DNA of 64,000 bases from NCBI GenBank assembly GCA_964035545.1, contig OZ037766.1, positions 11,088,722 to 11,152,721 on the forward strand, read 5' to 3'. Both the position numbers and the translations under genes were made by a program. This DNA comes from Bugula neritina (lineage: Eukaryota > Animalia > Bryozoa). Under the pieces are notes generated by a model that was given only the letters and a program-made list of their open reading frames with translations, was not told the DNA's origin and made no database searches. Below, in pieces: positions 13,970 through 44,159 of the stretch; the stretch's first letter is position 1; every line of letters begins with the position of its first letter.

Positions 13970-14529
13970 TTATCATCTTGGAAAAATCTACAACTTTTTC
14001 TTTCAAATGTGGAGAGAATGGTCTTCCAACTTTAGCATCTAGTTCAAACAGAATTCCCTTTGCAGTTTTCTGGCTTGCTGTGCCAGGTAATTGTTTGCTC
14101 CAAATTCTGTGTCTGTTCTATCGATGGTCCAGCTTTCTGGTGCTAATGTCAATAACCGGACCTTCTTTTGTCGCAAGAAAACTCACATTCTTATTGAAAG
14201 AACATAATAATTTGTTCAAATCTTCATGATTACTAGGCTTTATACAGGCATTGGTTGCTTCTGGGTGAAGTTGTTCTTCATCTACACCCAAGACTGTGGC
14301 CACCTTCTCAGTAATGACCTCCTCTACTTGCTTCCGTTTTCTTTGCCAATAGCTCACTTTACTGGATGGGCTGATTTTTACAGCATTTAAGGAAGAAGCT
14401 CCAAATCCCATCATTCGAGTGTTCAGTGTCTGTGCTTCCTTCTCAACTTTAAGAAATGCATCACTTTCAGTTTCCTGAGAGTATTCTGAGAGCTCAGCTT
14501 TTTAAGGCAACTAATGCACAGTTTCTCTC
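13970..14529 (-). pseudogene. Sola2-like transposase N-terminal fragment (left arm), frameshifted
   Basis: Includes ORF 14118..14414(-); upstream EKLCISCLKK (~14500-14527) and downstream, after frameshifts, AKGILFELDAKVGRPFSPHLKEKVVDF.QDD. Confidence 0.65.
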
Positions 14530-14539
14530 AATTTCTAAA

Positions 14540-14978
14540 GTTCAAAGTAAAATTAATACCAGAAAAGCCCCAAAAATCAGCCCATCCAGTAGAGTGAACT
14601 ATGGGAAAAGGAAATGAAATCAAATGGAGATCATTACAGAGAAGGTTGCCACAGTTGCAAGTATAGAGAGAGAGGAACTCCACCCAGAAGCAACAAATGC
14701 CTGTATAAAGCCTAGTAATCATAAAGATTTGAACATATTAATATGTTCCTTGATTAAGAAGGTGAAAGTTTCCTCGCGCCTAAAGGTCCAGTTATTGACA
14801 TTGGCACCAGAAGGCTGAACCATTGATGAGGCATTCACAGAATTTAGAGTAAACAATTACCTTGCATGGCAAGCCAGAAGACTGCAAAAGGAGTTTTGTC
14901 TGAACCAGATACTAAAGTTGGAAGACCATTGTTTCCAGTTGTGAAAAAGAGAGTTGTAATTTTTTTAGGATGATGAAC
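14540..14978 (+). pseudogene. Sola2-like transposase N-terminal fragment (right arm), frameshifted
   Basis: Includes ORF 14624..14818(+) ITEKVATV...LHPEATNACIKPSNH...KVQLLTLAPEG, a near copy of the left-arm ORF; continues as AKGVLSEPDTKVGRPLFPVVKKRVVIF.DDE. Confidence 0.65.
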
Positions 14979-15902
14979 ATTAAACATGGTATGGGGCCAA
15001 TTACTTGGTTCTCCAACCAGTACTGACAAAATTAGGGTGAGGTTAGAGCCATTCCGCTATATTTAGACACATCAGTTTCAAAAGCCACAACTGTTTCCAG
15101 TCTGTATTAAACATCTCCCTCCTCATTGACTTAATTAGGCCTATTGTGCTCAGGGCCATAGTGTTATATTTGGGCATGTTTTTTGAAGCCACCCTTGCCT
15201 CAGTTACTTAATGTACTTGATTCCAGCAAGACTCCAGCTGTTTCACACCATTCACTCACAGAAATAACAATTGCTACCTGAAACTTGATGGGAAAATCGT
15301 ATATTGCCAATCGGCAGAATTTTTTACAATATTACACACAAATCAGATTTTATTGTAACTTTCAGTAGATTTTCGTACGAATACCATTTTCCCGTGCCAT
15401 TTACGTTAAGTTTAGACAATATAAGAACGTTCAGACTTATGGATCTACAAAATACACTAAATAACCTTACAGAAAATGTTTGTTTGAAAGATTTTGCTGT
15501 ATTCAAACATCGCGTTACATCCTTGTGAAGTTGGGTGAATTTTCACATTTTCTTAACTTTTGGGTGTCTATATCTCGGAAAATATTATTTTCAAAATTAC
15601 ACAAATTGTGGAGTATAAAGTCACCATAGCCAAGTATTTATGGATAAAAATAAAATAAACGCTTGTTATGATGTGGCGAATATTTAGTAAGTAGAAATCA
15701 CAAATTTTCTTCAAAATGTTTCCCAACTTTTGTTCATAAAACTAAAAGTAGTCACTTCTCAAAAAGTTTTTGTGTCAGGCCAGAAATATTCAAGATAGTA
15801 CTCAGAACATGTGTAGGTCCATTTGGTGCAAATATGACCAAAATCTGAGATGCAAAGGCGTGGGACTTTCTAAAATTTAGTTGATTTGACACGGAATGAC
15901 CC

Positions 15903-16380
15903 AGTATTAATATTATTTATTTATTAGTATCACTAAAAGTAAAACTATAACTATAAGTATAATTATTAACTCAATTACTAATTCTATTAGTAATACTAAT
16001 ACTAATAGTAATACTAATACTAATAGTAATACTAATAGTAATAGTATTATAGTAATAGTATTACTATTAGTATTACCATAGTGATACTGATAGTCTAGTG
16101 CGTACAAGTTGAAGTATTACTATTAGTACTAGTACTTCTACAGTACTAGTAGTAGTACTTACTACTACTAGTACTACTACTACTACTACTAGTATTACTA
16201 TTACAGTGACTGTGAGTATTAGATTTATTTCTAGTTTTAGTTCAACTTCAAGTATAACCATTTACTATTAGTATTACTATTACTGTATTAGTATTAGTAT
16301 TAGTATTAGTATTACTATTAGTAATAGTAATACTATTAGTATTAGTATTAGACTTAGTACAACTATAATTATAAGTAGAA
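15903..16380. repeat. (TAG/TAT/TAC)n cryptic microsatellite, low-complexity tract
   Basis: Runs such as TAATACTAATACTAATAGTAATAC, TACTACTACT and (TATTAG)n; the same tract type lies at ~11560-11981 and 12550-12777, so it appears to have been split by the transposon insertions. Confidence 0.85.
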
Positions 16381-16539
16381 GTTTAAGCCTAAGGGATAAG
16401 TCATAATTCTTAACTCATACGTCATAAAACCCATAAGCCTAAGGGCTAAGGCTAAGGTTCGAATAGACTTTTAAAAATTTGAAGCAATTAATATAAACTA
16501 AAACTTGCAGTAAAAGTAAAACTAAATCAAAATGTGTGC

Positions 16540-16920
16540 ATTTGTTCGGGGTCATAGATGAGTACCTTATGTTTTATCTCGGTATTATCCGGGGTAAATT
16601 TATATTTCTATGACGTAGCATTTATCATTTTAATTTATGATAGCAATTACTATTACTATTAGTATAAGTATTAGTAGGCATCATTAAATTTAATCATTAT
16701 TGATGGTGATCATGTTCATAACCACGTGACATTCACGTTGCTTTACAATCTTTTCCTTCAAAGATTAACATTTGTTGTTTCGTTTGTTGCTTCTCCAAGT
16801 CTATCAGTATCAGCAATCAGCAATGACTGAATGAGCAATGTGAAATGTAAATACTGGTTGTTTTAATGCCTATGGGTACTTAAAATTTTGTAAAAATTCT
16901 TAATTTGTATCGAGTAAGCT
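16540..16920. promoter_or_regulatory. Putative promoter / first non-coding exon region of SMAD4 (possibly bidirectional)
   Basis: Local CpG retention in a CpG-poor window; E-box CACGTGAC at 16723-16730; CRE-like TGACGTAG at 16611-16618; + strand donor-like CGA|GTAAGC at 16914. The SMAD4 ATG exon begins with a splice acceptor, so an upstream exon must exist. TSS position is inferred. Confidence 0.4.
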
Positions 16921-19900
16921 TTTTTTAAAGCTTAATTGCGTTAGTTTTATGCCGAAATATTAAATTTAATTTGAACTTCAAGTGTCACTTTAAGTTTAAC
17001 TTTAAGTTTAAATCCATATTGATATTGATATTCAAATTGAAATTGTGTTTTGATAATTAATTAATATTATAATTATTAATTATTTAATAATATTATAAAT
17101 ATAATTATTATATTGAGGTTGATATTCATATATTATAATTATTGAATATCAGTATGTGTATGTGAATCACTGAATGTGATATTCTTATTCTAAGACTAAT
17201 AGTAATAGTAATACTAATAGTAATAGTAATACACTAATAGTAATAGTAATTGTAATCCTTCTAGTTCTAGTTTATAGTTATATATCGGTATCCTTGAGGT
17301 AAGTGCAGTAATGACTAATGAGTAATGGAAAAATAGTTAGTTTAATAACTAGAACTCTAAATTACTGTCTAAAGTATAAAAGTTTAAACTTAAAAGTTAA
17401 AGTACTCTCACTCTCCGTCTGTCTCTTACTCTTAGTTTTCCCTAATGGCAAAGAATTGAAGTAAGACTTAGACCAATTCTAAATCTTGGAGTATCACTAT
17501 CAGTATGTAAGTAACAGTCACTGCTACACTTTAACTTACTCACTTGCGGTTGCTGCTTACACTGTAAATAATGCAAAGAATCTTCAAAAATGGGCAAAAT
17601 AGTATAAAAAATACATGTTACAGTTGTTGTTTACAGTTGCAGTTTGAGTTAGTGTTACACTTGTAGCTTACAGGTAGTGTTACTGTTAGACTGTTACACT
17701 TACAGTTTGAGTGACTGTTGCACTTGCTGTTATTGAGAGTTTTACATGTAAAGTATTATCATTATGAGTATCTAAAGTAGTTTAACTTCAAGTTTATTAT
17801 TACTATTAGTAATTAAATTTATTTTTAATTTTATTAGAATATCTGTTAATATAAGTTTAATATTATTATTGGGATTATCATTATGATTATGATAAACGAT
17901 TATCACTATGATTATGTATTATAATGATGATCATTACATTATGATTATTATTATTACGCATTAATATTATTCCTTATCGTTTATTCGCTATTTTATATTT
18001 AATAATAAATCTATGATCTAATATTATCAATAATGTCATCATTTATGATTCAAAATTAATACTATATAAATATTATTTGCCATTTGTATTATCATAATGA
18101 TAATCTTTTGAAGTTAATCTAATGAATAATATGTAATGAATAGGCATATGGCACCGATATTACTATTCATATAGATAATCAAATATTGAATATTATTATA
18201 ACAATTATATCCGCATTGATGTTGAATTTGATATTAACATTCGTTTTTGATATTCATGTAAACTACTTAATATTCAAATACTCAATCTCATATTCATGTT
18301 AATATAATTCACCCAAATTGCCTATCTAATTTTATAATCATAATTATTTAGATTACTGATTAGGCTTAAGTGTGCTTTGCACTATGGATTACTATCAAAT
18401 TGGGCTAGAAGTAGGTGACACAAGATATCAGATCTTTGAGTTTGAGAATTCAAGTTGGTTACGAGCCAATTTTCCAAAAATTAATAATTTAACACTCAAT
18501 AGCCAAAAATTAACTAAATTGGTTAGGTTTTGAAATAAAGTCAACAAATTTTAGTGAAAATTATTTCTTCTGAACTAACAGTAGTTGTAAATAATATATC
18601 TTTTAGCATTAATGTTCAGCAGTGTATTGGTTGTGTAATAAGTAGGCCCATGACAACAATGTACTAAATATTTTTTCTTATTTAATTATTTTGCAATCAA
18701 TATTTAGTAGACAATTGTAAAGCATGATATTAGTGAAAATGTTCCTGTTGCGTTATAGAAAAAGTACAGTCAATTAGCAGGCGAAAGTTAAGGAAAGAAG
18801 CTATATTTGTCTATGCAAGATTGTAGATTAACATCAATTACCAGAAAATAGTTTTGAACAACATGGGGCCATGTTCTAAAAATTTTACTCTTTGGCAGCT
18901 CAGTTTTTTGAAGGGTTTAAACATGGAGTATCTGTAGGAGCAGTATGAAATATCTTTTCATCTTCACTAGGTCACAAAATACTGGTAGCTAAGGTTTATT
19001 AATTTGCCTATGTCGATAATAATTATTTAATGCTGGTATCAAAGGATTTTAATTGAACCATTGTATTTTCCTTATTTGGGATTAGTATCACTACCCATAC
19101 AATTTACTTGCAAATATATTGCAGTTTGTATCAAACTGTAAGACCGATTCCAGTAAACAATCTTTTTAATGTTACGAATAATTTTTTTGACAAATCCTCA
19201 TATCTGTAGTTTTATGGCACAATAGATGCTTGGTGTATTTTGAAAGTGTGTTTTAGGTAGCAATATACAATTTATTTCTAAAATTGGTACATGCAGTTGT
19301 TTAATTATGTGTATTCATCACGTAATCTCCTTGTGTCATTTGATATTCAGTTTTTTCTCTTATTGGATAGCATTAAATAGAGATTTGTTGTTAATATTCC
19401 ATACGTTTATGTAATAATTTAATTTTGTAGTCGTAGCCTACAATTTATTGTAATAATTAATACAAAATAATTCAGACTAACCTTTTTTTTACAAAATGCA
19501 AGACTGAAAGCAAAAAATTTTCAGCTGTTCAGCTAGTGGTCAGCATATGAAACCTAAGGGTAATATTTTAAAAAATTGTCTTTTTTCAAAGGAATTTCCG
19601 TCTTGAATTATATCATAAAGCACCTTTGATTGGATTACTGCATAACCTTTATTCTGATATACCCAAAAACAAAATTATTGAACTTGCAATTTAGTAAACT
19701 TAGTATTTTATTCTTCGCTATTGTAATGGTTGAGTTTTATAAAGTTTTAAGTATGCAAGTAAGATATTCAGGCGGTACTTTTTATAAATTGCAAAAACTT
19801 CTCCCCCCCCCCCCCGTGTTTTATGAGTTAAAAAAATTCTATTTACTCTGTAATCTATATCAGGAAACAAATTGGCGAATAGTAATCAGTTTTGTTGCTT

Positions 19901-20196
19901 TAGCACAGTAAGCTAATTAACTAAACTTGTAAAGTGAATTTTGTGACTGATCGGTTTTGCTTTCAGTTTTATGTAGCAGCGAGGCATGGATGGTCTCTAA
20001 ATGAGAAGCTCAAGTAAATGAATGAGTTGCAATCCTCAGCGTTATCAATTTTATAGTACTGATTTATTTTGTAAGAAACTCTCATTTTGAGTCTTTAGAA
20101 ATCTGTTTGAAGCTGGCCTGAGAACAATCATGCTGGCAACTAATTTTGTATCTTAGATTTTTCAATTCCTGCACTTTCTTTTAAACAGGTTAAAAT

Positions 20197-27689
<7,493 letters not shown>

Positions 27690-29393
27690 ATCAACTTATT
27701 CAAGTGCTACTTTTTATACTTTTCTTCAACCTAGTCTCACTACAGTGTAACTCAGTCACTTGCTAATACAGATACCTCTGTGGCGTGAAATAGTTTTCTG
27801 TGTTGCTTTAAGCTTAAACTTGTAGCATCTGATAAAGGTGCCAAATGTTTATATCTCAGTTAGCTGAATCTCCATATGAATGGGGTATAATAGTATGCTG
27901 TAATAATTGTTTTTGGTTGGAGTATATAGCATCACAAGTAAAATCTACTCTTGTTTACTGAGCAGCTTTTAGTTCAAATCTTTTATAGCTATAGCATTTT
28001 TACTTTTGTAATTATCATACCAGCATAATTGTATAAAGGCTGCATTTTTATTCCATCATTATTTTATATAACATACACACAACATTGATCTATGTCGATA
28101 TTCTTCCCGGCAAGCAAAAAGGGTTTTTGCGGCCATCCTGAGGCTGATCAATTATTTTATTATCATACTTTTGTGGTGTTGCTATAAAACTTTGAAGCTC
28201 TAGTAATATTGCATATATCCATGTATAAGAAATGATTTTTAGAATGATATTTTTAACATCGCTACTCATTATTATTAAATAATAATACTGTTGTATATAA
28301 TATTTTACTGTAATATAGACATATGTTTTCAAGTAACTGTGGCGACTTTATTTATGTAGTGTGAAGTGATAATTTAGTTGCTGTAAAATGTGCATTGGGC
28401 GTCTTGTAAATGTTCTATACTACATCTTGGTAGAAGTCACGACAAGCCAAATCATGTCAATGGCTATCAAAAGTATGCCAAGTCATAAATTTAACAAATA
28501 CATGTTAAGTCAAGCAGTTGACTTGAGTTGAATCAACTTGAATTTGCTTTCATATCTTGAATCATATTAATATATTAAGTATATAATAATGGATGTTTTT
28601 AAGTGCACACGTTAGCAGTAATTAGTCAAACTGTAAAAAAATAATATTATGGTAACTTATGCTTAGTGGAAATGAGGTTAGATAGGGTCAAAATATTGTC
28701 GTTTCCAGACTTGGTTTTTTCAAGTGCTTATTATTGTGTGTGTGCGAACGCGTAGCTTCTTTTTTCGATAATCAGCAAATAGTAATCACAAAACTACAAG
28801 CTAAATGTCAATCTTCTAGAACAGTTCTTGGAATTGCTTCCAGCAAATCATGATTTTATCCACACTATAATAGATTATGCTATTTTAGCACTTCAACATG
28901 AGATCAAGTGATGTTGATGGCATTATAAAACAAAAGAGTTCAAATTTTGATATTTTGTAAACTTAATATTTAAATGTGCATTAATTACATTACATCCAAC
29001 AAAACTTACTACAGAAATGTATGTGTTAAATATCAAAAATATGTTAAACAAATCACCGCAATTGTGGCTAACAGTAGTGACACAGCCATGACACTTGGCT
29101 ACAAAATATTAATTATCATCTCAAACTGCATGCTGTGGTGAAGTGACTAGCTAAGAAATGTCAAAGTAATAAAGAGCTCATAATAATACTCAAATACAAG
29201 AACACTAGTATTAAAAATATAACTAGTTGAAAATAATTCGAAAATATTAAAATAATTATTGAATAGAAACTGTAATATACAAGTTATGTAACATTAGGAC
29301 ATATCAATCTCTACTGTTCAACTTTAAATGAGGAATAGCGCATGCTTGCAGGAAATGTATATAATCATTGTTCAATAAACACAGTCATCCTTA

Positions 29394-36011
<6,618 letters not shown>

Positions 36012-36300
36012 CTTTCAGTCCTGCTAGTGCTTATACGGTTTCCGTAATAGACTGCCTTTTCGTGCCTGTAAAATATACCTGCTTCGATATGCCCTTGAGA
36101 GAATAGCAATGGTCAATATAAAACTAGTTTCACGTCTCATGCGCGAGTGTAAGCGTTTCTACGCAACCTAGCAGACGACCAATCGACCTTAAATTACTTA
36201 TAAAACGCCACTTTCAATACCTTTGAAGATATTGAACACTTAGAAACACTGAAAGTTATAGAAGTGACTCATTTGTTTTACAGTGTAAACTACAGGTTAA
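36012..36300. promoter_or_regulatory. Putative bidirectional promoter: ERK (-) and orphan gene (+)
   Basis: CpG-retaining patch (CACGTCTCATGCGCGAGTGTAAGCGTTTCTACGC...GACGACCAATCGAC, with a CCAAT box at ~36179) between two divergent coding regions whose ATGs are 735 bp apart; + strand donor-like sites at ~36296 and ~36356, acceptors at ~36605 and ~36699. Confidence 0.55.
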
Positions 36301-36745
36301 GTGGTAACTTTGGTAATTTTTTATATGCTCCTTCTGATGTCTTTAATGGTTCTTGGTGAGATATATCATATAATTATTTATATGTACTTGTAGTTGTAGG
36401 TATTCACCTTCATCCTTATAATATTGTCTGTGGAAATAAGTATAATATGAATATGAATATGATAGAACCAATAAATAAATTGCACATTTTTTTTGTTTTC
36501 TGTTACTATTAGTTATTTTAAAATTTGTTTTTTTCTACTATAAGTCTAACTCCTTGAATTTAATTGCATACCTACTCACATGTGACTTTTATTTTTATTC
36601 TGCAGGTGCAACTAGCTGACATTTTAAATTTTATATGCACAATAGGACATCACCATCATAGTTGTACTTGTTAAATGACAGTTTTTGGCAATTTTTTAGG
36701 CGCCTACTGAAACAGAACATTTGATTTGTTGATGTAATACTTAAC

Positions 36746-38965
36746 ATGGAACAAAGCATTAATCAACCTAAAGAAGATACTATAGAACTGGATGATCAAG
36801 ATATAAAAAAATTAGTTGGTACAACATCTGAAGAAAACAATTTAAAAGAAACTTTGGGTGATGGAAATAAATCTCAAAAATCTAATGATAGAGCTAATAT
36901 TGAAAACAGCATAATTCTGGAGAAACAGGCATCTGATTCTGATTCTAAGGCAGCATTTCCAGTTCCACAAAACTTGATTTGCCCAGAGCCACTATCCCCT
37001 GTTTTAGCAAATGATAAGAATGATTTGGGCTCAGGTTCCATGTTTAACCCAATTCTTCATCAGCCAAGACGTGATATGTATGGTGGAAGTAGCAGAAAAG
37101 GAATTCCTAAAGGCTTTCAGCATATATTGTATGACATATCTAATGCCGTTATCAAGGAGAATAATTATGGAACAACTGATTCTGAAAGCAAAAAGGTTTT
37201 TGGTGACACATTTGCTATATACCATTATATAGCAAAACATCTTGATTCTAGATTAGTGCAAAGAAAGGATGTAAATGGAGAAAAAATATGTAAGTAATGC
37301 TGTTTAATAACTTTTATGCATACATCACAAATTTAATGTAGCTAACCTTGAGAACCTTTAAATAGCTAATTTTCTGAGAGCATATGTAAATAGAGGTTCA
37401 GATCAAATAATATTAGTTTCCAGCATTGGGCTAGAGTTGCAACAAGTATTAAATAATTGCTCAATATGCAGCACTGAACAAAAATATTTTCAAGTCAAAC
37501 GTAGGCACTATACTCCATAGTTTAAGCACGCAGAAAATTGGTAGCACTAGTGTTAACTGTTTGAAAATTATATTTATATATAGCCAGTACTAAGATACCC
37601 AAATGACACTAAAACCCACCACTAAGTTATAGCTTATAACATCAATTTAATTCCCTACTACAAGTAGATATTGTTTTCTATTAACTAATCAATATTAAAC
37701 CCCTAAAATGCCAAAGAAATAAAAACAATATATGATAATGCTTGCTATAAAGGAAAAAAATTATATTAGTCCAGATTGAAGTTTGACTTATTCAAGCCCC
37801 TGCCCAAGATTGATTAAGAAAATTCAAGAACTTGAGTTATCTCAATTTTTCTACTACTGCACTTAAATGTAATTTAGAATAATAAAAAAAAATGAAATTT
37901 GTAAACTACATCGCAGAAAATTAGCTTATTATTGGCCGTTGTTATTGAGCATTAAAAATTATTACAAATTGTTGTACATTTATGCATAGCATAGCACATA
38001 GATCTAATTCTGAGGTTATTTTCAACTATAACTTTAAAAATAGTGCCAATAGATTATCTAATTGCTTGCTGCAAGATATGATAAAGTATGTTTTGCATAT
38101 AAAAACTATTCGTTGAAATTTTTTATTTATGTGTGCCAATTGAAATATAACATAAGGAGAAAATATTATGTTGGTATGATTGCTCAAGTATGCATGATAG
38201 AAACTAATAGTAAATAGCATAATGTGGCACTATAGCTCTATAAAAGCCTTATTAAGCTTACTAAACTTGATTTCAGGCCAATTCTCAATTTTCGAGCAGA
38301 CATAGTATTAAAAAACTTTGGTACAAAACTTTTGAAGGTGACTTCTATGCTATCTATTTAATTTACATAATTTATTGTGAAAAGTCATGATCTACATGTA
38401 AAGTAAAATAGAGTATTCGTTCCTTAAGTTGTACATTTGCTATAAGCATAAAATAAAAGAGATCGAGTAATTATGCTCAATATACATTTATTTCTAAAAG
38501 CAGTAATCTAATATGCCATACTATACTTTGCAACTAAAATGCTGAAATAAATTATACTTTTCACCATATTAAAGTTTATTCACCCTACATCAGTGCTAAA
38601 ATTATATAGGGCAACGGTTTTGGTAATATCAGCCCAGTATTCAACGGATGCTTTTCAGTTAAATGCAGTTCTGCACAACTTATGTGATTAGCCAATAAGA
38701 CAAATGCCAATATCTTCTGCAACTTCCTGGGCAAATGAAAAAACATGTAGTCCTGTGCTTATGCTACACACCTTTAAAACAGCTACTCTATTCCCCAAAG
38801 GAAAAACTAAAATGTTTAAGCAGGATATTGTATAAAGTAAATGTTGTACAGTTAGAAATTTCTCTCCTTTTAGATTACAACCCCGATGAAGATGATCAGT
38901 TACCTACTAAACCACAAATGAGTGCGACTGTGTATATGAGAACCTTAGATAACAGTGGACTTTAA
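36746..38965 (+). CDS. Uncharacterised 211-aa protein with acidic disordered N-terminus and a putative divergent RIIa dimerisation/docking (R2D2-like) motif
   Basis: ATG in AACATGG context; exon 36746-37289 ends at T|GTAAGT (phase 1) and joins in frame to exon 38874-38965 after acceptor TCTCTCCTTTTAG; 636 nt total. Segment GIPKGFQHILYDISNAVIKEN...AIYHYIAKHLDSRLVQRK resembles the SPA17/CABYR/RIIa D/D pattern. Confidence 0.72.
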
Positions 38966-39283
38966 GATGAGTAAATACGACTTTGAAAAATATAATTTCA
39001 TAAAGTTATAAAAAGGGCTATTGAATACATATGAGTATATATAAAAACAGTAACTTTGCTTAAGTATGATTAATATTTTTGAGCAATAAACACCAACGCA
39101 ATTAACAAAGTTTCTACCATTAGTACTTTGCTTCATTCTCTACTACAATATCTACTATTCAGCAACTTGACAAAAACTAATAGTTTTAAGTAGGCATATG
39201 ATTTAAAGCAAAAAATATTAAAGTTTTCTTTAAAAAGTTTGCTGAAGCAGTAAAAACCTAATAAAACTTTCCGAAAAATGTTA

Positions 39284-43710
<4,427 letters not shown>

Positions 43711-44159
43711 CTTTACTAAAAGAAATAATTGTCAACATAAAATTTTATTAATTCCTTTTGGTCCTTTTCTACAATTTATCAGTTGTATTTTTCAATTCAA
43801 TGTAAACTGTGTTATATTTCAGTTTCTTATACTTATAGTTATTATAAAACTAAATATAATCACAATAATTATAAAAATCCCAATGGACGTGGTTACAGCA
43901 ATTATATTTGTTATCATTATCATTATGATAATAACTATATTTATGATTATATAGTTTATATAAATTATAATCATGAATCATTAAAATTAAATGATAAGTC
44001 ATTAAATCTAAATGGTATTGAATTTGATAATTATAATCATAATGATAATGAATAAATATTATAAAATATTAAATAATAATAATTAATATCACTAGCTATT
44101 AATAATTTAATAAACAAAGTTGAATCTAAATCACAATAAATAACACTTTTTGCTAAATA

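Larger units (their letters stand above)
12778..15902. mobile_element. Near-palindromic 3.1-kb non-autonomous Sola2-like DNA transposon with two outward-facing transposase fragments
   Basis: Termini GGGTCATTCCATGACAA ... TTGACACGGAATGACCC; AGTA on both flanks (12774-12777, 15903-15906; 4-bp TSD). Left arm 12778-~14380 aligns in reverse complement with right arm ~14572-15902. Both arms carry frameshifted peptide with motifs I recall from the N-terminal part of Sola2 transposases: KLCISC, SP...Y..RK, KVQLLTLAP, KG(I/V)L...D.KVGRP....K.(K/R)VV.FF.DD. GRG termini, 4-bp TSD and long TIRs fit Sola2. Confidence 0.8.

Noticed and set aside
15032-15047. TTAGGGTGAGGTTAGA telomere-like motif (and its mirror at ~13916-13934)
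   Set aside because: Only one or two degenerate units, and they are part of both arms of the Sola2-like element; not an interstitial telomere.
12579-16261. Hydrophobic ORFs 12579..12794, 15913..16107 and 16073..16261 resembling membrane peptides
   Set aside because: They are translations of (TAG/TAT/TAC)n low-complexity DNA, with no splice or family support.
36066-36078. GT...AG 13-nt pseudo-intron in the ERK 5' region (CAG|GTATATTTTACAG)
   Set aside because: Far too short for spliceosomal removal; at most one of the two sites is functional.
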